Shown: in pieces, positions 10,630-21,567 of the stretch
Numbering within the stretch: position 1 is the stretch's first letter
How the letters are laid out: every line of letters starts with the position of its first letter
Origin: an uncultured Methanoregulaceae archaeon
Lineage (GTDB): Archaea > Halobacteriota > Methanomicrobia > Methanomicrobiales > Methanospirillaceae
Length of the DNA stretch: 64,000 nucleotides
Direction: 5' to 3'
NCBI GenBank assembly: GCA_963701095.1
Contig: OY969564.1
Location: forward strand, 1,472,001 to 1,536,000
Program-made: the position numbers and the translations under genes
Notes under the pieces: model-generated
Databases searched by the model: none
The model's input: the letters and a program-made list of their open reading frames with translations, nothing else
Told to the model about the DNA's origin: nothing

Positions 10630-11901
10630 ATGACAGAACCCGTAGAGATGGACGAAGCGCGCAAGCGCTACGAGTTCCAAAAAACACTCGAGAAACTGGA
10701 ATCCCTGGAAGGAGACGGTACGGAGCTTATCACACTTTACATCCCCCCAGACAAGCAAATATACGACGTGACAGGCCAACTGAAAGATGAGTTTGGCCAG
10801 TGTGCAAACATCAAGAGCAAGCAGACCAGGACGAACGTCCAAAGTGCCATCTCCTCGATCCTCTCACGGCTCAAGTACTACAAGCGTCCGCCTGAGAAAG
10901 GGATGGCAATCTTTTGCGGTACCGTGAAGCTCTATGGAGATCGCACTGATCTTCAGTGCACGGTCATCGAACCACCAGAACCTCTCAATCTCTATATGTA
11001 CCGGTGTAGCTCGAATTTCGAGCTTGAGCCCCTCAAACAAATGCTCGAAGAGAAGTATGTGTACGGACTCCTCGTGCTTGACCGGCGTGAGGCATACTGG
11101 GGTTTTCTGCGCGGTAACAGGATCGAACCCATGGGTGGTGCAACCTCTACCGTGCCCGGTAAACAGCGCAAAGGAGGTCAGTCTGCTGCCCGTTTTGGCA
11201 GGCTTCGTGAAATCGCGATCAACGAGTTCTACACAAAAGTTGGTGAGCGCTCCAGTGCGATCTTTTTAGCGGAAAAGAATTTCTTCGAGCGGTTCAAGGG
11301 CCTTTTAATCGGTGGCCCGAGCCCGACAAAAGAGGAATTCGAGGCGGGAAACTTCCTCCACCACGAAGTCCAGAAAAAAATCATCGGCCTCTTTGATGTT
11401 GCTTATACCAACGAAGACGGCCTGCCAGAGCTTGTTGACGCGGCAAAAGACGCTCTTGCGGGTATGGCGGTAGTAAAAGAGAAGTCCTACATGGATAGAT
11501 TCCTGAAAGAACTGGTAAAAGATAACGGGCTTGCCGCTTACGGAGAGGAAAGCATTCGTAAAAACCTCGAAGTAGGAGCGGTTGATATACTCCTCCTTTC
11601 TTCAAATTTACGGAAGTCCCGGCTCAGAATAAAGTGCCAGAGCTGCGATTACACAAATGAACGGACCGTAAGCATGCCGGTGGGAACAACGGTCAGGGAC
11701 ATCGACCTCAGCACATGCCCTAAGTGCACTGCACCCCTTGTATTAGAGGAAGAGATTGATATTATTGATGAGCTTGCAAAACTTGCCGATCAATCCAGCG
11801 CAAAAGTAGAGCTGATATCTGACGATTTCGAGGAGGGTTCAATCCTTTATTCTGCATTCGGCGGGATTGCAGCCATCCTCCGGTACAGGACGGGATACTG
11901 A
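10630..11901 (+). CDS. prf1: Peptide chain release factor aRF1
   Basis: NIKS, YRC and GGQS motifs; C-terminal Zn ribbon; FGGIAAILRY. Confidence 0.98.
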   Translation: MTEPVEMDEARKRYEFQKTLEKLESLEGDGTELITLYIPPDKQIYDVTGQLKDEFGQCANIKSKQTRTNVQSAISSILSRLKYYKRPPEKGMAIFCGTVKLYGDRTDLQCTVIEPPEPLNLYMYRCSSNFELEPLKQMLEEKYVYGLLVLDRREAYWGFLRGNRIEPMGGATSTVPGKQRKGGQSAARFGRLREIAINEFYTKVGERSSAIFLAEKNFFERFKGLLIGGPSPTKEEFEAGNFLHHEVQKKIIGLFDVAYTNEDGLPELVDAAKDALAGMAVVKEKSYMDRFLKELVKDNGLAAYGEESIRKNLEVGAVDILLLSSNLRKSRLRIKCQSCDYTNERTVSMPVGTTVRDIDLSTCPKCTAPLVLEEEIDIIDELAKLADQSSAKVELISDDFEEGSILYSAFGGIAAILRYRTGY

Positions 11902-13574
11902 TGTTTTTTGACACGCTGGCAATAGTTACCAAGGCTCTTACTGAATGCACCGGTTTGACTGATATCCAGCTTGCCGATGGCGGGGAACATGCAGATCTCG
12001 CATCAACAGTTGCATTTTCTTTGGCAAAGGTAAAAAAACAAGCGCCGGTGAAAATTGCCCAAGATATTGCAACGGCACTTCAAGGCAACAAGGATCTCGC
12101 AGACCTGGGGATCACAGTCGAAGCCAAAGGACCGTATATCAATTTCATCCTGGGCAGTATGTATGTCAGCGCTACGCTCAAGGAAGCAACAAAGAAAGGG
12201 TACGGTATGCTCCCCAGAAAGGAGATTCGTGTTGTTCTTGAGCACACAAGTGCAAATCCCAACGGCCCTCTCCACGTAGGCCATATCAGGAACTCTATTA
12301 TCGGCGATACCCTTGCCAGGGCATTCCGGAAAGCCGGCTTTCCCCTTGAAGTCCAATATTATGTCAATGATATGGGTCGCCAGATCGCCATTGTTGTGTG
12401 GGGTTTCGACAATCTCGAACATGAACACCGCAAAGGGGAAAAAGAGGACGCACAAATTGCCAGGGTTTATATTGCCGCCAACCGTGAGATCGAAAAAGAC
12501 CCGGGAATTACACAGCAAGTCGACAACCTTATGCAGCTTGTGGAAGCCGGGGACGCTGACACCGTAAAGAAATTCCGCAGAGAGGTTACCCGGTGTCTTG
12601 ATGGTTTTGCAGTCACTATGGCAAATCTCAATGTAAAACACGACCGGTTTGTCTGGGAAAGCGATTTTGTCAGGAACGGGGATACAAAAAAAGTGATCGA
12701 AAAAATCGAGAAACTCCCGCAGGCACGACACGAAGCATCCCTCCTTTCGCTCGATCTTGCAGAGTTCGGATTTGCCAATAAGTACGTGATCCGCCGGAGC
12801 GATGGAACTTCCGTCTATGCTGCCCGTGATCTTGCATTCCACTCCTGGAAGAGCGCAAACTTCGATCGCGTTATCGATGTACTCGGTGCCGATCACAAAC
12901 TAATTGGCGCACAGCTCCAGAGCACCATGAAGCTGCTCAGGGAAAAAACCCCGGAGATCGTGTATTTCGAGTTTGTCTCGCTTCCTGAAGGCTCGATGAG
13001 CACGCGGGCAGGAAAGTTTGTATCCGCAGATGACCTGATCGACGAGGTAACCAAACGCGCTTTTGATGAAGTGACTCTGAGACGTCCCGAACTTGACGAG
13101 GCTACTCGCAGGAACATAGCGGGATCAGTCGCAAGGGCAGGCATCAGGTACGATATTGTAAAAATATCCCCCGAGAAAAGCACGGTTTTTGACTGGAACG
13201 AGGCTCTTGACTTTGAACGCCAGAGCGGCCCATATATTCAGTATGCCCATGCACGGGCATGTAGTATTCTTGAAAAAGCAGGCACCTTTAGTGAATGTTA
13301 CGATCTTGAAACCGTTCAGGAGATTGCACTTGCAAAGAAAATAGCAAAATTCCCCGGAGTAATCGAAAAAGTGGTCACCGAGCTCCGACCGCACCTGCTT
13401 GCCACATACAGCCATGAACTGGCGGACATCTTCAATACGTTCTATCACTATGAACCGGTCTTAAAAAGTGAGGGAAAAGTCAAAGAGCGGCGGCTCACGC
13501 TGGTCAAAGCCGTACAGAACACTTTACAGGAGTCTCTTGAGACACTTGGGATCGATGCCATCCACACCATGTGA
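11901..13574 (+). CDS. argS: Arginine--tRNA ligase
   Basis: EHTSANPNGPLHVGHIRN, MSTRAGK, GPYIQYAHARACSIL. Confidence 0.98.
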   Translation: MFFDTLAIVTKALTECTGLTDIQLADGGEHADLASTVAFSLAKVKKQAPVKIAQDIATALQGNKDLADLGITVEAKGPYINFILGSMYVSATLKEATKKGYGMLPRKEIRVVLEHTSANPNGPLHVGHIRNSIIGDTLARAFRKAGFPLEVQYYVNDMGRQIAIVVWGFDNLEHEHRKGEKEDAQIARVYIAANREIEKDPGITQQVDNLMQLVEAGDADTVKKFRREVTRCLDGFAVTMANLNVKHDRFVWESDFVRNGDTKKVIEKIEKLPQARHEASLLSLDLAEFGFANKYVIRRSDGTSVYAARDLAFHSWKSANFDRVIDVLGADHKLIGAQLQSTMKLLREKTPEIVYFEFVSLPEGSMSTRAGKFVSADDLIDEVTKRAFDEVTLRRPELDEATRRNIAGSVARAGIRYDIVKISPEKSTVFDWNEALDFERQSGPYIQYAHARACSILEKAGTFSECYDLETVQEIALAKKIAKFPGVIEKVVTELRPHLLATYSHELADIFNTFYHYEPVLKSEGKVKERRLTLVKAVQNTLQESLETLGIDAIHTM

Positions 13575-14460
13575 TGCCCGGAAAAAACAGGGTTACCTCT
13601 TTTTTTCACCTGATTCATCTGCGGCCCTCAAGCCCTGCCTCTGGTGCAAGCGAGCTCTAGCCGGTGGGGAGATGTGCTATAAGCACCAATTCTACGGAAT
13701 TGACAGTCATCGCTGTGTCCAGATGACACCCACCCTCCGCTGTAACCAGCGGTGCCTTTTCTGTTGGCGTTCATTCGAGCATGAAGTGGCAGAAGAGGAG
13801 GAATGCCAGCCCCAAATTATCCTCGAAGGTGTGAAAAAACTCCAGAAAAAAGCGCTCGCGGGGTATAATGCAATCCTTGACAATTCTGTGACCAATGAGC
13901 GGTGGCAGGAAGCTCTTAATCCCAAGCATGTGGCGATCTCCCTTTCCGGAGAACCAACACTCTACAGCCGGCTCCCTGAGCTGGTCGATCTGTTCAATGG
14001 CAACGGATACACTACGTTTGTAGTCAGTAACGGCACGAATCCTGGCATTCTCGCCAAGTGCAGACCGTTCCAGCAATATGTATCTCTTGATGCGCCGGAT
14101 AGCAGGACATACAAGAAAACCTGCCGCCCTGATGGCGATGCAGAGGAATTCTGGAACAATATCAAAGAAAGTCTTTCACATCTTCGCACGAAAAGATCGG
14201 CGGTGAGAATCACTCTTGTTTCCGGTCTTAATGACGTGGGGCCGGAAGGGTATGGGAAACTCCTGCAGGATTCAGGGGCGACATTTGTTGAAGTGAAAGG
14301 ATACATGTATTTGGGATACAGTAGAAACCGTTTGCAACGAAACAACATGCCGGAACATGAACAGGTGCGAGCCTTTGCAGAAAGGATTGCCGCATCATGT
14401 GATTATAAGGTCCGGGATGAAAATCCCTTAAGCAGGGTCGTCTGCCTGGAGCGTATGTAA
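13555..14460 (+). CDS. taw1: 4-demethylwyosine synthase Taw1/TYW1
   Basis: CYKHQFYGIDSHRCVQMTP, CNQRCLFCWR, ISLSGEPTLY, EVKGYM. Confidence 0.95.
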   Translation: MPSTPCDARKKQGYLFFSPDSSAALKPCLWCKRALAGGEMCYKHQFYGIDSHRCVQMTPTLRCNQRCLFCWRSFEHEVAEEEECQPQIILEGVKKLQKKALAGYNAILDNSVTNERWQEALNPKHVAISLSGEPTLYSRLPELVDLFNGNGYTTFVVSNGTNPGILAKCRPFQQYVSLDAPDSRTYKKTCRPDGDAEEFWNNIKESLSHLRTKRSAVRITLVSGLNDVGPEGYGKLLQDSGATFVEVKGYMYLGYSRNRLQRNNMPEHEQVRAFAERIAASCDYKVRDENPLSRVVCLERM

Positions 14461-16041
14461 ATGAGATTCAACCCGCTAGACTGGAAAGGAAAATCCCATA
14501 CAAATTTCGAAGAAGCATGGTATGAGGGCTCTTCAGTAGTCACCCCCCCGGGAGGTGACGGGAAGTATCCTCGTCTCCGTTATAAACGAGCGAAAGCTCA
14601 CCCAATCTTTGAAACAATTCACCGGTTACGTGAAATCTATCTCTCGATGGGTTTTGACGAATGTGAGAACCCGGTGATTGTCGAGGAAAGTGACATTTAC
14701 CGGCAGTTCGGCCCTGAGGCTATGGCCGTTCTCGACCGAGTTTTCTATATCGGCGGCCTCCCGCGACCTAACGTAGGGATATCACGTGCCCAGCTTGACC
14801 AGATAAATGCAATTCTTAAAAAAACCCTGCCGGTTTCAAGTGAGGAGAAACTCCGCGAGACGCTCCATGCATACAAAAAATCGGAGATCGATGGCGATGA
14901 TCTAACTCATGAGCTGGCAAAAGTACTCGATACTGATGACGGAAACGTCGTTCATATCCTTGACTCAGTCTTTCCGGAATTCAAATCGCTTGTACCGGAA
15001 TCATCGCGCAGTACGCTCCGCAGCCATATGACAAGTGGCTGGTTCATGACACTCGGATCGATCTGGGAACGCACCCCCATACCAATCCGGTTTTTCTCAA
15101 TTGACCGCTGTTTTCGGCGAGAACAAGCGGAAGGTCCAACCCGGCTCATGACCTACCACTCAGCTTCCTGTGTCGTTGCAGGCGAAGATATCACAATAGA
15201 GGATGGCAAAGCCGTAAGTGAGGCACTCCTTTCTGCGTTCGGATATGAGGATTTCCGGTTCCAACCGGATGAGAAACGCTCCAAGTACTATATGCCGGAC
15301 TCACAGACCGAGGTCTATGCAAAGCATCCCGTGCACGGATGGGTGGAAGTAGCAACCTTTGGTATGTATTCTCCCTCGGCCCTTGCCGAGTACGGAATTG
15401 GTGTCCCGGTAATGAATCTCGGCCTTGGTGTTGAACGGCTCGCGATGATCGCATATAATGCAAACGATGTCCGGCAGCTTTCTTATCCTCAGTTTTTCCC
15501 CCGCATTCCAAACGATCAGGAAATCGCCCGCGCCGTGCACTTCAGGAATGAACCCGTTACAACAGAAGGAAAAGCAATTGCTCTTGCAATTGCCAAGGTT
15601 GCGTCGGCACATGCAGCGGAACAGGGGCCTTGTTCCTTTGAAGTCTGGGAGGATACTCTCTGTGGCACGCATGTAAAAGTCTCCGTTGAGGAAACTGAGG
15701 CGAACGCAAAGCTCTGCGGGCCTGCCTGTGCAAACGAGATCTTCGTCCATGAAGGAAATATTCTCGGTGTTCCTGATGCAGAGAAATGGAAGGATGTTCG
15801 TACAAAAGGGGTCCCGACGGGCATATCATACCTCGAAGCTGCATCAGCGTTTGCTGCTGCAGAAATAGAGCGGGCTGCCCGGTGTGGCAAAGAAACCCTC
15901 GTGCAGGTCAAGATGGCAAAGCATCCCAGTGATATCAATCTCAGGATAGAGGATTACGCGATGCGGGCAATTACAGATACAAAAAAGAAAATAGATGTCC
16001 GGGGACCAGTGTTCCTCTCCATCAGATCGCAAATTCTCTAA
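14461..16041 (+). CDS. sepS: O-phosphoserine--tRNA(Cys) ligase
   Basis: [49 protein letters not shown]. Confidence 0.97.
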   Translation: MRFNPLDWKGKSHTNFEEAWYEGSSVVTPPGGDGKYPRLRYKRAKAHPIFETIHRLREIYLSMGFDECENPVIVEESDIYRQFGPEAMAVLDRVFYIGGLPRPNVGISRAQLDQINAILKKTLPVSSEEKLRETLHAYKKSEIDGDDLTHELAKVLDTDDGNVVHILDSVFPEFKSLVPESSRSTLRSHMTSGWFMTLGSIWERTPIPIRFFSIDRCFRREQAEGPTRLMTYHSASCVVAGEDITIEDGKAVSEALLSAFGYEDFRFQPDEKRSKYYMPDSQTEVYAKHPVHGWVEVATFGMYSPSALAEYGIGVPVMNLGLGVERLAMIAYNANDVRQLSYPQFFPRIPNDQEIARAVHFRNEPVTTEGKAIALAIAKVASAHAAEQGPCSFEVWEDTLCGTHVKVSVEETEANAKLCGPACANEIFVHEGNILGVPDAEKWKDVRTKGVPTGISYLEAASAFAAAEIERAARCGKETLVQVKMAKHPSDINLRIEDYAMRAITDTKKKIDVRGPVFLSIRSQIL

Positions 16042-16056
16042 ATTATTTATCTTATT

Positions 16057-17031
16057 TTAGCTTCGCACGTAGTTTTCCTGCAAGAAAATCCGCCGATTAA
16101 TAATTCTCCACGAAAGAATGAGCTGAATGATATCAGTTGCATTCACGGTTTTCCTGTTTTCGAACATCGAAATGGGGTGAAGACCAGTCTGTTGTTCGAT
16201 CGAGATCTCCAGCTTCCGTACTGTATCATAGTTCATCTCACCGTCGAAGGTCAGGGCTCGCAGGAAAGCACATTCGATTTTCGCGTCAGAAAACTCGATA
16301 CAAAAATTGCTCTCGTGGAATGACAAGAGAGACATGAGGTCGATAGATAATGCAATATCACGGATGGTCTGATCCATGGGGTTCTGGAGCAGCGAGATTG
16401 AATAAATGTTTTTTACCGTCCCAAGATTCTTACCGTACTTTGAATATTTAACTTGAATAACCGCATCTGCCATACACCGCTGCGGTTTTACATATGCTTC
16501 GTAATCGGTTTCGCGGTGAATGAGCTCATCGTCAACATCAGCTGAGGAATATCCTCGCTGCTCAAGGTCACGTTGTCTCTTCCACTCGTACTTGACCTCT
16601 GGGTCTGGATCAACAAAAACGGAAAAATCCACGAGACTCCGCAAAGTCGGGGTAAAAAGTGTATGAAGTCCTTCCAGAATGATAATCTTTTTCGATGGAA
16701 ACGGGACGGGGGAATCGAAGGTTCCGGAAGCATGATTATATACTGGCTTTTCGATTGCCTTTCCTTCTTTGAGCCGGGTTACATCAGATTCCAGCTGCGT
16801 AAGATTGTTCGCATCCGGGTGAAGAGGAGTTATATTGAGTCGGTGACGCTCTTCACGGTCAAATTTATGGTAATCATCCAGAGTAATGGTCACGACCATA
16901 TCCGGTCCGAAGATCTGGCGGATGGCGTTTGTGAATGTGGTCTTTCCTGATCCGCTATCCCCGGCTACACCGATAATAAAAACTTTCGGGGACCTCGCAA
17001 TAATTTCCTTGAATGAGAGAGTTTGGTGCAT
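16057..17031 (-). CDS. prk: Phosphoribulokinase (archaeal PRK / uridine kinase family)
   Basis: IGVAGDSGSGKTTF, LDDYH, ITPLHPDAN, KPVYNH..GTFD, EGLH, RD...RG. Confidence 0.85.
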   Translation of the reverse strand: MHQTLSFKEIIARSPKVFIIGVAGDSGSGKTTFTNAIRQIFGPDMVVTITLDDYHKFDREERHRLNITPLHPDANNLTQLESDVTRLKEGKAIEKPVYNHASGTFDSPVPFPSKKIIILEGLHTLFTPTLRSLVDFSVFVDPDPEVKYEWKRQRDLEQRGYSSADVDDELIHRETDYEAYVKPQRCMADAVIQVKYSKYGKNLGTVKNIYSISLLQNPMDQTIRDIALSIDLMSLLSFHESNFCIEFSDAKIECAFLRALTFDGEMNYDTVRKLEISIEQQTGLHPISMFENRKTVNATDIIQLILSWRIINRRIFLQENYVRS

Positions 17032-17106
17032 AGGGTAAGGGTACCTGCGACGCCATGTGTCATAAGTCACGCGGATGAAATATTCATTTAATGAAAATTT
17101 CAAATA

Positions 17107-17153
17107 TGTTAGAAATAGATAACAAAAAGGATTTGTGTTAGAAATAAGTAACA
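17107..17153. promoter_or_regulatory. Two palindromic operator-like sites, TGTTA-N8-TAACA
   Basis: TGTTAGAAATAGATAACA (17107-17124) and TGTTAGAAATAAGTAACA (17136-17153) between divergent prk and HTH genes. Confidence 0.75.
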
Positions 17154-17174
17154 TACTTGAGGATTTTGTTCAAC

Positions 17175-17408
17175 ATGCAGACCAACATTAGGAAATATCG
17201 AAATCTCGCATCCCTAACGCAGGATGACCTTGCTAAAAAGGTCGGGGTGAGGCGAGAAACAATCGTTTTTCTCGAACAGGGGAAGTATAACCCCTCTTTA
17301 CGTCTTGCACACGATGTGGCGAGGAGTCTGCATGCAACAATCGACGACCTGTTCATTTTCGAAGATGATACCCAAGAGCCGGAGAGACGAATTGTTCTTG
17401 TGGATTGA
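17175..17408 (+). CDS. XRE/Cro-family helix-turn-helix regulator
   Basis: [32 protein letters not shown]. Confidence 0.93.
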   Translation: MQTNIRKYRNLASLTQDDLAKKVGVRRETIVFLEQGKYNPSLRLAHDVARSLHATIDDLFIFEDDTQEPERRIVLVD

Positions 17409-17410
17409 TT

Positions 17411-19720
17411 TTACGGAGTTGCATGTTCCGCCTTTACTATGTACTCTGTCGTTTTTTTCGTAGTGGCGCCGGTGCTGATGCCAGCAAGGATTACTGTAGT
17501 TGCCTCTTTGTCAAGGGGCATATTATCGTTACCACACTTGGGAGAGTATATGCAAGAAGGACAGCCTTTTCTGCATGAACAATCGCGGACGAGCTCGTAA
17601 GCACTTGAGAAAAGGGAGGGTAGGAGGGTAAACGCTTTCTCTGCAAGACCGATTCCCCCTTCATATCCGTCATAAACAAAGATTACCGGATCACCGTTTT
17701 CACCAAATGACGGAGAAGAAAGGCCGCCGATATCCCATCGATCACACATTACATGCAGGGGCATGAGTGCGATGAGTGCATGCTCCGCACCGTGCAGACC
17801 GCCAGCGAGATCAAGGTTAGATGAGACAACAGATGCTGCCAATGTATCGGGCAAGACAACCCAGAATGCTTTCGTGCGGAACGTAAGTGGTGGGAGGACA
17901 AGCGGTTCAACCCCGAGAATTGTGTCGCCTCGTTTAATCTTATAGGCTGTATACTGTTCAGTAACTTCAGCATCACCAAATGCGCATTTTACCCCGTTTA
18001 CGTCGCGCGTTTCAAGGGTTTCAAGGACACGGAGATCGACCTCTTTTAACGGCTGGGTGTAATAATCCACTTCAGTTTCACTGACCCTGACGGTGTGAGT
18101 CTCAAGGTCCATTTCTTTTACTACATAGGTTTCGCCTTGGTGCAGCATGATTGCACCTTTATGTGCCTCGCGGTATGCCTGTGCCCGATCCATCGTCTCA
18201 AGCATCCTGCCGTTGCATAGGATCCTAAAACTCTCTCCCGCCATGCTATCGAGTCTGACTGCATCGGTTGCCCGGCCTCGACCCGCATAAACCCACCCCC
18301 GGGACGTTTTCTTGAGAAGTCCGGTTTCTGCGAGCCCGGCAAGAAGAGGTGCAAACGATTCCCCGAATACTCCCGCATCCTTCTCCTCACATATTGGTAA
18401 TTCCGCCGCTGCGCAGAGGAGGTGCCCGGAAACAATGTAGGGATTGTTAGTGTTAATGATTGCATGCTCGTGTGATCGGGAAAAAAATGCCTCCGGATGA
18501 TGCATAAAGTACTGGTCAAGGGGATTTGACTGCGCTACCAGTACGGCAAGTGATTCCCCACCGTTCCGGCCGGAACGCCCCGCCTGCTGTCGGACCGACA
18601 TCATGGTGCCAGGATAGCCATCTATGATTACAGCGTCTAGAGATCCTATGTCGATGCCAAGTTCGAGGGCGTTTGTCGAGACAACACCTCGGATCTCCCC
18701 GTTTTTGAGTTGACGCTCAATTGTGCGCCGTTCCTCGGGAAGGTACCCAGCACGGTACGCCCAGATTGACTGGGCCAATCGTGCGGATGTACGATGGGCA
18801 TCCTCACGTGCCCAGATCGTAACCAGCTCTGCCATTTTTCTTGAACCGGTAAAGCAAAGCGTTTGGAGGTCGCTTTTGACGCAGGAGAGCAGGAGGTCTT
18901 TTGTTTCCTGATGAGCTGAACGTTCTCCGATCCCATCATAGAACGGATTGTAAAGCACAAAGTGACGAGTCCCATGCGGAGATCCATCTGAATCCACAAG
19001 TTTAAAGGACCGGCCAACCAACCGTCTGGCAAATTCTTCAGGATTTGCAAGAGTTGCCGTCGAAAGGACAAATTGAGGATCAGATCCATAAAAACGGGCA
19101 ATTCGCAATAAACGTCGTATCAAAAACGCAATCTGGGATCCGAATATTCCCCTGTACCGGTGAGCTTCGTCTATTACGACAAACTGTAGGTTGGAGAAAA
19201 AGGAACTCCATTTTGCGTGCCAAGACAGAACCTGATGAAGTTCGTGGGGATTAGAAATAACAATCCGGGAATGCTCCCGTATCGCGGCACGTTTAGACTG
19301 TGGCGTGTCGCCATCATAGATTGCCGGTTTTGCCAAAATGCCAGTATATTTTTCCATTGTGGCAAGCGTTGCGTATTGATCATTTGAAAGCGCTTTTGTT
19401 GGATAAAGATAAAGTGCTCGTGCGTCAGAATTTGCAGCCAGACTTGCAAAAACAGGGATGTTGAACGCAAGCGTTTTTCCGCTTGCCGTAGGCGTGGTTA
19501 TTATTACATTCTTACCAGCCATGAGAGCATTGATCGCTTCGCATTGGTGGGAATATAATTGAATATTTTTTTGTGTAAGATAGGACTCGATCTCCTCGGG
19601 AAGGGGGACATCTAACATGCCATGCCGGGCAGGTATTGGGTCAGAAACCTCTTGATAGGCAACTCTGCTACGGTAAACCGGGTTGGTACCAAGAAGCCGG
19701 ATGACTTCAGCTACAGCCAT
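17411..19720 (-). CDS. DEAH-box helicase with DUF1998 (MrfA/YprA/Hrq1-like)
   Basis: TPTASGKT, DEAH, TAT, LELGIDIG, QQAGRSGR; C-terminal CxxGCPSC....KC. Confidence 0.93.
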   Translation of the reverse strand: MAVAEVIRLLGTNPVYRSRVAYQEVSDPIPARHGMLDVPLPEEIESYLTQKNIQLYSHQCEAINALMAGKNVIITTPTASGKTLAFNIPVFASLAANSDARALYLYPTKALSNDQYATLATMEKYTGILAKPAIYDGDTPQSKRAAIREHSRIVISNPHELHQVLSWHAKWSSFFSNLQFVVIDEAHRYRGIFGSQIAFLIRRLLRIARFYGSDPQFVLSTATLANPEEFARRLVGRSFKLVDSDGSPHGTRHFVLYNPFYDGIGERSAHQETKDLLLSCVKSDLQTLCFTGSRKMAELVTIWAREDAHRTSARLAQSIWAYRAGYLPEERRTIERQLKNGEIRGVVSTNALELGIDIGSLDAVIIDGYPGTMMSVRQQAGRSGRNGGESLAVLVAQSNPLDQYFMHHPEAFFSRSHEHAIINTNNPYIVSGHLLCAAAELPICEEKDAGVFGESFAPLLAGLAETGLLKKTSRGWVYAGRGRATDAVRLDSMAGESFRILCNGRMLETMDRAQAYREAHKGAIMLHQGETYVVKEMDLETHTVRVSETEVDYYTQPLKEVDLRVLETLETRDVNGVKCAFGDAEVTEQYTAYKIKRGDTILGVEPLVLPPLTFRTKAFWVVLPDTLAASVVSSNLDLAGGLHGAEHALIALMPLHVMCDRWDIGGLSSPSFGENGDPVIFVYDGYEGGIGLAEKAFTLLPSLFSSAYELVRDCSCRKGCPSCIYSPKCGNDNMPLDKEATTVILAGISTGATTKKTTEYIVKAEHATP

Positions 19721-20783
19721 AGTATTCCTCTAAAAGGTAGAAGAAAAGGCAGGCGAGCGAGACGACATCCTGCCGGTTGTGTTCCACTATAGGGAAAAGG
19801 GGGCCGCAATTCTGTGTCCTAAGGTAAGTTTCATAAAATTCAGGTACCATCTGGCCGGGGAGATCATCCGTCCGGTTGATTTTAAGGATAGCTGATTCCA
19901 AAGCAGAGAGGCGGCAGGAAGAAAGTCGTCTTTTCCATCGGCGCCGGGAGAAATGCAACATATCAAAATGAAGGATACGGGGTATCGGACTCAGTCCGTA
20001 GTAGGCAAGCCGGTCCTGAATGTAAGGTAGATCAAAAGCCTTCCCGTTGAACGTTACCAGTGCCTTTCTGCCTGAAATACACCGGGAAGCGATTTCGGTT
20101 AACGCTGACGCTTCCTCATTAATATCGCGTAGCAAATATTGTCGGACAGTGAGATGCTTCTGTTCAATAGTACCTATACCGAAAAGAATGATCGGCCTGG
20201 AAAAAAGTCCAAGCGTTTCAATATCCAGAAATATATAATTTTCAGGTTCAAAAGAACTTGCGGTCCCAAGAGCGAAACGATGCGATTTCTCATGCCGCAA
20301 ACTGACAAGATCCATAACTTCGACCGGATCAGCACGATTCAAAATCTCCAGAACCTGTCTAGCCGCTGGTCTGAACTTCGGATGAGCGATAAGATCAAGA
20401 ATTGTCCGGTAACCCCGCGCCTTCAGACGTCGTTGTGTCAATTCTCCTACCCCACGAACAAGAGTAAGATCGCTGAGCATTTCACGTTTCAAACAATTTG
20501 TATCAAATGGTTGTAGTGGCAGATCATGGTTGCTTTCAAGTACGATGCAGCTGCCATTTTCGTTTGAAGTCTCAATTCCGGAAAACAATGAATTGAATGA
20601 AAAACCCTCGTACCTAGTCATCAGATTGCTGAGAAGAATCTTCGCTTTATCGTATTCCGATGAAAAGACACAGCTTCCGGCAATTCCCGCACCAAAGACA
20701 TTCCCTTCGCGAACAACATTATATTCTCTGAGCGCATCCATCCTCTGCTGCCAGAGTGAGGCGATCCTGCTTTCTGCCTGCAT
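19707..20783 (-). CDS. RNase H-like exonuclease (YprB/MrfB-like)
   Basis: FLDIETLG, TFNGKAFDLP, HFDMLH, HNRQDV; HhH-like LVRGVG; overlaps the helicase start. Confidence 0.88.
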   Translation of the reverse strand: MQAESRIASLWQQRMDALREYNVVREGNVFGAGIAGSCVFSSEYDKAKILLSNLMTRYEGFSFNSLFSGIETSNENGSCIVLESNHDLPLQPFDTNCLKREMLSDLTLVRGVGELTQRRLKARGYRTILDLIAHPKFRPAARQVLEILNRADPVEVMDLVSLRHEKSHRFALGTASSFEPENYIFLDIETLGLFSRPIILFGIGTIEQKHLTVRQYLLRDINEEASALTEIASRCISGRKALVTFNGKAFDLPYIQDRLAYYGLSPIPRILHFDMLHFSRRRWKRRLSSCRLSALESAILKINRTDDLPGQMVPEFYETYLRTQNCGPLFPIVEHNRQDVVSLACLFFYLLEEYYGCS

Positions 20784-20889
20784 AAGGCTACCTGCACAAA
20801 GAAGTCCGGGAATCAACCAGTTAAAGACCGGCCGCGAGGTGTGAAAGTGATGCGAATCCTCATCATACCGCTGCACATACCTTTTTTTG

Positions 20890-21567
20890 ATGATCACAGT
20901 TATCCAGCACGGAAAAAACGAGCCTGCTGGCACCATCACAGAATACCTGGTTGCCCACAATGAACCTTTTCAGATCCTCCGGCTTTACAAAGATGATCCT
21001 CTCCCGGATGATCCGCCAGAAAAGCTCATTATTTTGGGTGGCCAGATGAGCGTTAACGATGAAAATCTCTATCCTTTTCTTTCTGCTGAAAAAAAACTGG
21101 TAAGAAAGGCTATAGAACGCGATTGCACGGTACTGGGGATCTGCCTTGGTGCCCAGATGATCGCCTCTGCGTGTGGGAGACGGGTCTTTCAAGATGAAAA
21201 AGAGGTGGGATGGCGAACCATTTACGGCTGTTCACCAGCCTGGAACCAGATGTTCCCACGGTCATTTGAGGTCTTCCAGTGGCATGCTGAAACTTTTGAT
21301 CTCCCGGAGGGGGCAACTCTCCTCGCTAGAGGCGACGTTATTACAAACCAGGCTTTTATTATTCGCAATGCACTTGGTATTCAGTTCCACCCGGAAGTTA
21401 CGGCGCCGGTAATAACGAAGTGGTCACAGGAACTAATTGATACAATGCGATTACCTTTACTCAAAGAGGTGGGAATGAAGATAGAGGAATACAAGCAGCT
21501 CTCAGAACTTATCATGGATTCCTTCTGTACCTGCTGGAATAAAGAAACCGGAGGGAAACCGGAATGA
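20890..21567 (+). CDS. Type 1 glutamine amidotransferase
   Basis: LGICLGAQ, QWHAETF, QFHPE. Confidence 0.9.
   Translation: MITVIQHGKNEPAGTITEYLVAHNEPFQILRLYKDDPLPDDPPEKLIILGGQMSVNDENLYPFLSAEKKLVRKAIERDCTVLGICLGAQMIASACGRRVFQDEKEVGWRTIYGCSPAWNQMFPRSFEVFQWHAETFDLPEGATLLARGDVITNQAFIIRNALGIQFHPEVTAPVITKWSQELIDTMRLPLLKEVGMKIEEYKQLSELIMDSFCTCWNKETGGKPE

Noticed and set aside
12003..12896. Long antisense ORFs (e.g. 297 aa opposite argS)
   Set aside because: They shadow conserved genes and carry no recognisable motifs.
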